From a virus (taxonomy: Duplodnaviria; Caudoviricetes): a DNA stretch of 50,323 nucleotides. Below the pieces are notes generated by a model that did not search any database, was not told the DNA's origin, and saw only the letters and a program-made list of their open reading frames with translations. Shown in pieces: positions 36,177-42,960 of this stretch. Positions within the stretch are counted from its first letter, which is position 1. Each line of letters opens with the position of its first letter. Location: positions 1 to 50,323 of IMG/VR virus record IMGVR_UViG_3300036825_000149, one strand, 5' to 3'. A program made the position numbers and the translations under genes.

Positions 36177-36368
36177 TCAGTCGTCATCTCCTTGACGCTC
36201 TTCGGGGGCTACAAGTTTTCGTGCCTCATCGATCAGCGCCAGGCTGGCAACAAATTCGTCAGGACGCATTACAAACCCATCTTTGAAGGAACCATCTCGA
36301 TTTCTGCGAATAACCAGCGACCTGTCGCTGTCGTGTATACCCAATATAAGATGATCTGGAATGTACAC
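36177..36368 (-). CDS. Small LexA-controlled hypothetical protein (candidate antirepressor)
   Basis: AGGAG RBS before GTG 36368 (MYIPDHLILG...GFVMRPDEFVASL); first ORF downstream of the SOS box. Confidence 0.65.
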   Translation of the reverse strand: MYIPDHLILGIHDSDRSLVIRRNRDGSFKDGFVMRPDEFVASLALIDEARKLVAPEERQGDDD

Positions 36369-36493
36369 CCGCTTCTCCTGTTCTCTCAGAGGTAGTCTCT
36401 TTGTCTTCCTCGCGCGTCCTGACTTGTGATTTTCTGTAAGCACTGACTAATAAGCCGGTTCTCTATACGGCTCTTAACTCACGAGATAAAAAA

Positions 36494-36513
36494 TACTGTA
36501 TACGCATACAGTA
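36494..36513. promoter_or_regulatory. LexA (SOS) box
   Basis: TACTGTATACGCATACAGTA, near-consensus CTG-N10-CAG. Confidence 0.92.
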
Positions 36514-36923
36514 GTCATTTCCACCCATTTACACAGACTTTTGACCGGTGATAACTAATTCATTTAATTGATTAATTTACGACCACCATAATTGGAAAGT
36601 AACTAACATCTTTCAGAAATCTATATTATTCATAGCGTTACCATAACTTTGGGAGTCCCTACTTTTTTGGGTAGGTGATAAATAATCCAAACAATATTAA
36701 TAGGCTGCTATGTATCTAAAGCGCGTGCAGTATGATTGAGGCTCAAAGAGGCAAATCAAGCTTCAACGGCATGATGGCAGGGTCTTAAGGTCATTAGTTG
36801 CTAAGGTGTATATTTATATACATTTGGTGGAAGTGCCCACAAAGCTTATCGCGATCTAATGAGGACGGCCTAGTGGGCGCTGATTTGTCACATCAACTGG
36901 ACATTACTGGTATCAACGAAAAT

Positions 36924-37268
36924 TCATTTGGGTTGATTTTTGGGTTCCCAATATTCGTCTTGTACATTAGCCCAGCAATCACCACCGCGATCTCTGTCTC
37001 GATAGGCATATGCTTTTGCTACACGTTTAGCTGAAGACGCAACGTAGGTCTTATTGCTCTTAGTAGCTAATTTAATTCTTGCTTCCGCTTTGCTTACAAG
37101 TTCTGGGCTAGGAGCTTCTTCATCAAAGTAACCACATAATAACCCTGCATAGACGTTTTCAAGTTTTGGTAATGGTTTTGAACTGGCGGGTTCCTTTGCA
37201 ATCGCTGGTACTGAACAGATTGCTGCTAAAAAAATAGCTAATGCTTTAATTCTCACTTTGATCTCCAT
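36924..37268 (-). CDS. Secreted/periplasmic hypothetical protein (moron)
   Basis: Sec-type signal peptide ending AIA-K; two Cys in the mature part; AT-rich flanks. Confidence 0.7.
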   Translation of the reverse strand: MEIKVRIKALAIFLAAICSVPAIAKEPASSKPLPKLENVYAGLLCGYFDEEAPSPELVSKAEARIKLATKSNKTYVASSAKRVAKAYAYRDRDRGGDCWANVQDEYWEPKNQPK

Positions 37269-37474
37269 TCAAATCGAAATTTTTTACGAGTCCAACAATA
37301 TAAATACATACTCAAATGCAACTTCAAGCTCATGAACATACTCAAGGTTCTAAGACAGTTTAGACTCTTACTAGCCTTTTCTTAAAGAATTTATTGACTA
37401 AAATATCGTTTTTGCCGAGGGGTAATAAATTACATCATTACGTTCGTTATATGATTTTACTTTGGGAAAAATTA

Positions 37475-38200
37475 TCAGCGACAGCCACGATAGCTTGGCC
37501 AATCGAAATTTACCCACATCCCCCCCCCCATACGAAGACGATCAAGCGCCCTCTCCCCTATAGTCTGCGTTAACTCTACCTCCTTAAGATTGGTCAGCAC
37601 CCCAACGGGTTTAAGCATTGCCGTTCGTCGATCAATGACCTGATGCAAAATGATCTTTTCGTATTGTGAGTACATCTGAACGCCAACTTCATCTAGAACA
37701 AGCAAATCGACGCGCGACATCTGCTCCATCAGCTCGGCCTCTGATTTTCCACTACTGAACCCCGCTTTGAACTCGATCATGAGGTCAGCAACGGTAATAA
37801 TCAGAACGCTTTTGTGCTGAGCCAGGAGAGCATTTCCTATCGCTGCTGCAAGATGGTTTTTACCCGTCCCAGGGCTGCCACTGAAAACGAAACATGCGCA
37901 GCCAGATCCGAAATTATTCAGCCAGGATTTTGCCAAAGACAACGCTTTGCGCTGGCCATCATTCACTACCGAATAATTTTTCAACGTGCAATTTTGATAA
38001 CGTTCACGAATGCCCGAGCGACCGAATGTCTTTTCTAACCTGGTACGGCTGTTCTCCTGGTTCAGCTTTTCTGAGTGCTTGCGCGCCTCTTCCTGTTGCC
38101 ATGCCATAAGCTCCTCAGCACTGGAGAACTTGGGCTGTACTCCGGCAGGGACAATTTTCTGAAGCCGTTTTAACACGTCAGCCATATCGCGCATGTTCAC
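37475..38200 (-). CDS. DnaC/IstB-like helicase loader ATPase
   Basis: GSPGTGKNHLA, LLVLDEVG, LTNL, DRL...W.SYR; follows initiator with GTGA overlap. Confidence 0.92.
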   Translation of the reverse strand: MNMRDMADVLKRLQKIVPAGVQPKFSSAEELMAWQQEEARKHSEKLNQENSRTRLEKTFGRSGIRERYQNCTLKNYSVVNDGQRKALSLAKSWLNNFGSGCACFVFSGSPGTGKNHLAAAIGNALLAQHKSVLIITVADLMIEFKAGFSSGKSEAELMEQMSRVDLLVLDEVGVQMYSQYEKIILHQVIDRRTAMLKPVGVLTNLKEVELTQTIGERALDRLRMGGGMWVNFDWPSYRGCR

Positions 38201-39006
38201 CCCGTGAAGCCGTCAGGAATTGAGCTATCTGGTTTTGAAACGCTGGTAATGTCAGGTCGGCTCGTCTGAGCCATGTTGAAATTGCTTGGCGGGTATAACC
38301 CCTGATACTCCCGAGCGATGCTGTGACGAATGACCACTTCAGGCGGAATGCCCTGGCTTCGATATCTCTCCAGCTCCCTGATCGAGCCTTTAGCACCCTG
38401 AGGAGTTTTTATCGGCTTACGTAATGCCTTGCGATACTCCACCCACTCAACCCATAACGCGCAGGAGAGCCAATCAGGAAGTTCAACCGCGAGAGGATCG
38501 AATTTAGTTTTCGCCAAATTCCCCTTGGGGGGATTAAGGGGGGTTTTAGGTTCTTTGACTGGATCTAATAACTGACTGATTCTGGGTGAATCTCCTGCAC
38601 CCTCCCCCCCTGCACCATTTGCACCAGGGGGTGCAGCTCCTTCACCCTCCCACCCTGCACCATTTTCACCATAGGGTGCAGCTCCTGCACCCTGCTTTTG
38701 AGCCTGTTTCTGATAGGGTGCAGGATTTTCACCCTCATTGTTAAAGGTCAGGTGATAGATATTGGATCGATTAACGCCGCTTGAATCTCTTCGCTCTTCA
38801 ACACGAACAAATCCATCCTTCACGAGTTGCCGGATATGTGTCTGAACTGAGCGAGAAGATATCTCGCATTCATACGCTATCGTTGCCACTGCCGGCCAAC
38901 ATTCCCCCGTATCACTGGCGTTATCTGCGAGCTTAATCAGCACCAGCTTACGGAGCGGATTTCCAACCCTTGCTTTCATGGCCTGAACCATCAAGGACAT
39001 ACTCAT
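38197..39006 (-). CDS. Replication initiator protein (N-terminal wHTH, O-analogue)
   Basis: KLVLIKLADNASDTGECWP wHTH, SNIYHL, central iteron-coded linker, LPDWL...WVEYRK. Confidence 0.9.
   Translation of the reverse strand: MSMSLMVQAMKARVGNPLRKLVLIKLADNASDTGECWPAVATIAYECEISSRSVQTHIRQLVKDGFVRVEERRDSSGVNRSNIYHLTFNNEGENPAPYQKQAQKQGAGAAPYGENGAGWEGEGAAPPGANGAGGEGAGDSPRISQLLDPVKEPKTPLNPPKGNLAKTKFDPLAVELPDWLSCALWVEWVEYRKALRKPIKTPQGAKGSIRELERYRSQGIPPEVVIRHSIAREYQGLYPPSNFNMAQTSRPDITSVSKPDSSIPDGFTG
38584..38734. repeat. Replication origin iterons within the initiator gene
   Basis: Four 19-bp quasi-palindromes GGGTG(A/C)A-N5-T(G/T)CACCC at 38584, 38629, 38674, 38716, plus extra TGCACC half-sites. Confidence 0.85.
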
Positions 39007-39046
39007 ACTGCTACTCCTGCGAAATCATTACGGGTGATCCCGCCAC

Positions 39047-39493
39047 TCAAACTGACATCAGTAATTCTGCTATTGGAATCAACGCCTGAAGCTCGTCGAT
39101 AAGCCTGTTCAGCTTCACTGTTGCTGTGGGGCATCTGACCGCAACAGCCGACATAGCCGCACCGAACGACTCCATGACTTTCGCTTTAGCCAGTTCAGGC
39201 GAATGAGGTTCTTCCAGCTCTATGCGCTTGCGTGTTGGCATGGCTCGCAAAGCGACGTCTGATAGCTCTGCTGCCATCTTGACGTAACGAGGCCCACCTA
39301 AGCTGAAGATGCGCTTTACGCGTTGTTTAGCGTTGCGTATGCCCTGCTCGTCCGTAGCTGGTGGTATTAGTTTTCCGCCCCCCCTGCGTTGATATTCATC
39401 AGCGAAGCGAACGCCTACTGTTTTCCAGCCAGCCTCATGCGCCCATGACTCAACGCCAGCGGATATTTGTTCAACCGTCGGAGTGATTTTCAT
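39047..39493 (-). CDS. CII-position transcriptional regulator (YdaT-like)
   Basis: Directly after cro; WAHEAG...QRVKRIF pattern. Confidence 0.65.
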   Translation of the reverse strand: MKITPTVEQISAGVESWAHEAGWKTVGVRFADEYQRRGGGKLIPPATDEQGIRNAKQRVKRIFSLGGPRYVKMAAELSDVALRAMPTRKRIELEEPHSPELAKAKVMESFGAAMSAVAVRCPTATVKLNRLIDELQALIPIAELLMSV

Positions 39494-39704
39494 GCTTCAG
39501 TTTTCCGTTTCGCTTTGCTTTAGCATGAGCATCATAAATAGCTGGGTCATACTGTAATTCCCCGCCCGATGCCGTTTGTAATCGCGTTGCTCGTCCTTCT
39601 GGAACCAGATCCCCCCATTTGTACAGAGAGGAGATTCTTACTCCAGCAGCACGAGCCAGATTTGTTTTTGTTCCAAAAAAATGGAGCGCATCTTTCGTAT
39701 ACAT
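39471..39704 (-). CDS. cro: Cro-like repressor (DicC-like)
   Basis: MYTKDALHFFGTKTNLARAAGV...WGDLVPEGRA; divergent from repressor. Confidence 0.9.
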   Translation of the reverse strand: MYTKDALHFFGTKTNLARAAGVRISSLYKWGDLVPEGRATRLQTASGGELQYDPAIYDAHAKAKRNGKLKHENHSDG

Positions 39705-39719
39705 TAATCATTCCAAAAT

Positions 39720-39785
39720 GTTAGCCATAGCTAACAAGATAGAAGTTAACAAAAACGTAGTCAATAAGATTTAGCATTAGCTAAC
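39720..39785. promoter_or_regulatory. OR operators and PR promoter
   Basis: GTTAGCCATAGCTAAC (39720-39735) and TTTAGCATTAGCTAAC (39770-39785); minus-strand TTGACT-17-TATCTT (39764-39736). Confidence 0.85.
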
Positions 39786-39786
39786 T

Positions 39787-40194
39787 ATGGATATGACAAA
39801 CCTTACGATTGGCGAGCGGATCAGAGCGCGTCGCAAAGAACTAAAATTTACTCAGCGCACTCTAGCTAAAGCGTTGAAAATTTCGCATGTCTCCGTTTCA
39901 CAATGGGAAAGGGATGATAGCGAACCGACAGGTAAAAACCTCTTTGCACTAACTAAGGTTCTCCAATGCACACCTACATGGATTCTCTTCGGCGATGACA
40001 GCCGGACTCCTGAGCCTCCAGTTCTCACCGATGCCCCTCTCGATGAACGTCAAACTGAGTTATTAGATCTCTTCAATGCCCTGCCTGAGTCTGAGCAAGA
40101 AGCTCTTTTGGGTGAAATGAGAGGCAGGGTTGAGAACTTCAATAAACTCTTCGAAGAAATGCTTATAGCCCGACGCCGCACTCAAAAAAAATAA
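39787..40194 (+). CDS. cI: Prophage repressor, DicA-like HTH without S24 peptidase domain
   Basis: TIGERIRARRKEL...SVSQWERDDSEP HTH; LLDLFNALPESEQ C-terminus; 135 aa. Confidence 0.92.
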   Translation: MDMTNLTIGERIRARRKELKFTQRTLAKALKISHVSVSQWERDDSEPTGKNLFALTKVLQCTPTWILFGDDSRTPEPPVLTDAPLDERQTELLDLFNALPESEQEALLGEMRGRVENFNKLFEEMLIARRRTQKK

Positions 40195-40234
40195 AGCATT
40201 AAAAAACAAACAGATATCTTCTCACGCCCAAAAT

Positions 40235-40288
40235 GTTAGCTATAGCGAACACTTTTCTCTTGATCTAATTGTTAGCCATGGCTAACCT
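40235..40288. promoter_or_regulatory. OL operators and PL promoter
   Basis: GTTAGCTATAGCGAAC (40235-40250) and perfect palindrome GTTAGCCATGGCTAAC (40271-40286), the latter within TTGATC-17-TAACCT (40260-40288). Confidence 0.87.
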
Positions 40289-40369
40289 TTCCACATCGAA
40301 ACACGCACAGTGTTATCAGCAAAACGTTCAGCCAGCCTGGCTAAAGGGCAAAACAAACGGAGATTGGAA

Positions 40370-41710
40370 ATGAGCAAACAAAACGCAGTCGACTTGGCAC
40401 GTACAGCCCGCAGTGAAGCAGAAAGCATCACCAAAGGTGACAAGCGCACTATCACCGCAATCATCAACAACTGGAATGAGTGCGTAAAACAAGCTGGCTT
40501 CTGGTGTATTTACGATTTTCCAACTACGGGCTACACCCGTAAATCTCAGCTAGTGGCCGACCTGCTCCGCTGCGCTGATCAGCTTGATGAATACGTTGAA
40601 CCAAACCCGCATGCAGCTCAGACCGTTGAACAGCAAACACGCGAGTTGAATGCAGCTCTTACCCGCGTTCTGGATGTTGAAGAGGCCCACGCTGAAGCTC
40701 TGGACATTAACGCATGGATTGATGACCTGACACAGAACGGAGTGGACAGCAAACGCCTGGATGTTTTCTGTATTCAAGTTCGTGAGGAAGACCACGCCGA
40801 AGCTCTGGAATTGAACGCCAATTACGACGAAGCGGTAAAGGTGGTGCTGGCAGATAACCCACCGTTAACACAGGATGATTTCAACGCTCACGTTTATGGA
40901 ATCCGTGCCGAACTGGTTAGAAGAGCACACGCCGAAGCCCTCGTTATGGATTCTGCCAAAGAACTTGCGGGAGTGGTAGTTGAAGCAGGTTGGGATGTAG
41001 TGAAGCGCGAGTTTCATTTCCATGCAAAATCAGTTCAGAGCGAGATTGTTGAGTTAGCGCACAGTGCAGCGCTGGAAATGAACGTTGGGATCGAACTTGC
41101 GCTACACATCATCACCAAGCTGGCTAAGCCTGGCGAGGTAGTTGAAGCCGGTGATACTGCCGGGGGATGCCTATACCGTGATGGTTTTAATGATATCAAC
41201 TACCTGGTATCTGTGGCGTTAAGAATGTACAGAGAGCGGGAGGAATTACACGCTGAAGCACTGCAATGGAACGCCTTTATTGATTACTGCTGGCCTCTTG
41301 ATGTTGAAGACGTCCTGGTAGGTATCGAGATTTCCGCTCATGAAGACAACAGCCGCTTTGACTGGCTGGCCAATCGCTGGAGTCTGTTTTGGGCTGGTTG
41401 TGACTACCTCACCCGCCGCACGATGATCGAAGAGGCTCACGCTGAAGCCCTGCGCATTGATGCTGAACAACATGCAGCTCCCGTCACCTGCTCCATCTTC
41501 CAGCGTAATGACGGCGTACAGCTGGCTCTGGATAGCTCATGCGATGTTCGGTTTATCCGTACCAGCAAAAACGGGGAATGGTTTAAGGCAGGTTTCCGCA
41601 ACACCGATATGGAAGGTTACCAGCCTGTCGAGAGCGATGTTTTGTTTACCTCCATGCCTTCACGCACTCTTTCATATTCAGACGGTGTGATGGTTGTCTC
41701 TGAGGCCTGA
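40370..41710 (+). CDS. Early protein with multiple HAEAL repeats, function unknown
   Basis: GGAG RBS before ATG 40370; six copies of (E/R)xxH(A/S)(E/A)ALxx(N/D). Confidence 0.85.
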   Translation: MSKQNAVDLARTARSEAESITKGDKRTITAIINNWNECVKQAGFWCIYDFPTTGYTRKSQLVADLLRCADQLDEYVEPNPHAAQTVEQQTRELNAALTRVLDVEEAHAEALDINAWIDDLTQNGVDSKRLDVFCIQVREEDHAEALELNANYDEAVKVVLADNPPLTQDDFNAHVYGIRAELVRRAHAEALVMDSAKELAGVVVEAGWDVVKREFHFHAKSVQSEIVELAHSAALEMNVGIELALHIITKLAKPGEVVEAGDTAGGCLYRDGFNDINYLVSVALRMYREREELHAEALQWNAFIDYCWPLDVEDVLVGIEISAHEDNSRFDWLANRWSLFWAGCDYLTRRTMIEEAHAEALRIDAEQHAAPVTCSIFQRNDGVQLALDSSCDVRFIRTSKNGEWFKAGFRNTDMEGYQPVESDVLFTSMPSRTLSYSDGVMVVSEA

Positions 41711-41713
41711 GCC

Positions 41714-41860
41714 TTGAGCAAAAACGAATTAACCGATTTATTTATTGCCCTGACAGGCCAAGACAGGGCAACAGCAAAAAGATATCTCGAAGAAAATTAC
41801 TGGTCTTTATCAACCGCAATCACTTTTTTTAAGGTTGATAGAAATGAAGGAAGAATTTAA
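41714..41860 (+). CDS. 48-aa UBA-like three-helix mini-protein (not in ORF track)
   Basis: GAGG RBS + TTG; MSKNELTDLFIALTGQDRATAKRYLEENYWSLSTAITFFKVDRNEGRI; TAATG coupling to next gene. Confidence 0.7.
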   Translation: MSKNELTDLFIALTGQDRATAKRYLEENYWSLSTAITFFKVDRNEGRI

Positions 41861-42099
41861 TGACTGGACAGCACTACGGCACCCAAGAAGTAATTCGTTC
41901 ATGTATTCGCCCTGGGATGTTAATCAGGCATGAAGGGCTAACCTGGACAGCAGGAGCTAACACCCGCGGCAAACTCGTTATTTCAACTTTACGCGGGAGT
42001 AAGTGTTTAAAAGATTGCTTCGTAGATGTTCTGTTGGATGCCAGGGGCGAACCTCTAGGCAATTACCCAAAGGATATTCAATGGACTGGCAAATTATAA
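41860..42099 (+). CDS. kilR: KilR-like cell division/killing protein
   Basis: HYGTQEVIRSCIRPG...HEGLTWTAGAN...G.P resembles Rac KilR; PL operon position. Confidence 0.8.
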   Translation: MTGQHYGTQEVIRSCIRPGMLIRHEGLTWTAGANTRGKLVISTLRGSKCLKDCFVDVLLDARGEPLGNYPKDIQWTGKL

Positions 42100-42200
42100 A
42101 ATTGTTTTTAAAGGCTTATGCACCCTTAGCTGTCGTCTTTTATCTAATTGTTATTTTTGGCTTCAGGTTATTCACAGAAGATAAAGACGACGACATTTAG
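42081..42200 (+). CDS. 39-aa small membrane protein
   Basis: AAGGA RBS; MDWQIIKLFLKAYAPLAVVFYLIVIFGFRLFTEDKDDDI, single TM. Confidence 0.55.
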   Translation: MDWQIIKLFLKAYAPLAVVFYLIVIFGFRLFTEDKDDDI

Positions 42201-42268
42201 TTAAACAGAATCATTACGTATGCCATGAATTATGGCAGGGATTCCCACACACTTTTTTGGAGTTAAAT

Positions 42269-42616
42269 ATGAACCACGAATTTACCGTAGCATTCAATAC
42301 TGAGCTGTTAGTTTCCACCGATGATTGTAAAGTGCTGTCTTTAACCTGCGGCGAAGAACAGCTGGGTTATATCGCGTTCAATACCCTCAACCGTGATTCT
42401 GACAAGCGCACCTTCGTTACTCCCTTCACGGCTGAGGGCGAGCTGGAAGAAGCGTGCTGTGCGAGCTGCGCGGCGAAAGCTCTTTTCAATAACCGCACAG
42501 GTTTCAAGCTCAAACTCATATCTATCGCTGAAACTGAAAATGTTAAACCTTCTATTACTCAGCTTCTGCCCCTGTTACTGCTCGCGGATATCGCCAAACG
42601 AGCTAAATCACTCTGA
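42269..42616 (+). CDS. Hypothetical early protein with CCASC motif
   Basis: GGAG RBS; followed by hairpin GCCCCG...CGGGGC. Confidence 0.7.
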   Translation: MNHEFTVAFNTELLVSTDDCKVLSLTCGEEQLGYIAFNTLNRDSDKRTFVTPFTAEGELEEACCASCAAKALFNNRTGFKLKLISIAETENVKPSITQLLPLLLLADIAKRAKSL

Positions 42617-42696
42617 TTTATTCAGCCCCGTTAAGTCGGGGCATTTATCCGAGTGACCATTAGTTAGTGGTCAGCCTGATAAATAGAGGTATGCAG

Positions 42697-42960
42697 ATGG
42701 ATATTACTCTGGCGTTTAAGAAATTAGCCCTCGTTAACGGCGAGGAAGTAGTTATCAGCATTGCCCCCAGCGCAATGAAAAAGATGGTCATGGATTTAGT
42801 GGCGAATGGTTATTTATCCACTGAGGATTTAATCATTTTTGCAATCGGTCAGGTGAAACTCTGCGACCGCAAAAATCTTGAGCATGTTTTGCCCGACAAC
42901 GTCTTAAAGAAATTAACTGAAGCTTTTGAATCCGTAAAAGAAGGAGATAACAATGACTGA
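42697..42960 (+). CDS. Hypothetical early protein
   Basis: GAGGT RBS; overlaps the start of the next gene. Confidence 0.7.
   Translation: MDITLAFKKLALVNGEEVVISIAPSAMKKMVMDLVANGYLSTEDLIIFAIGQVKLCDRKNLEHVLPDNVLKKLTEAFESVKEGDNND

Noticed and set aside
36520-36920. hok/sok-type toxin or dinI often found at this position
   Set aside because: No matching hydrophobic ~50-aa ORF or DinI-like ORF could be read on either strand.
40670-41465. CRISPR-like array from recurring cacgc[tc]gaagc
   Set aside because: Repeats are short, degenerate at synonymous positions, irregularly spaced and in frame within a CDS; no cas genes.
40195-42260. DicF sRNA / DicB expected from a DicA-DicC-like switch
   Set aside because: No DicF-like sequence or DicB-like ORF recognised; a KilR-like gene is present instead.
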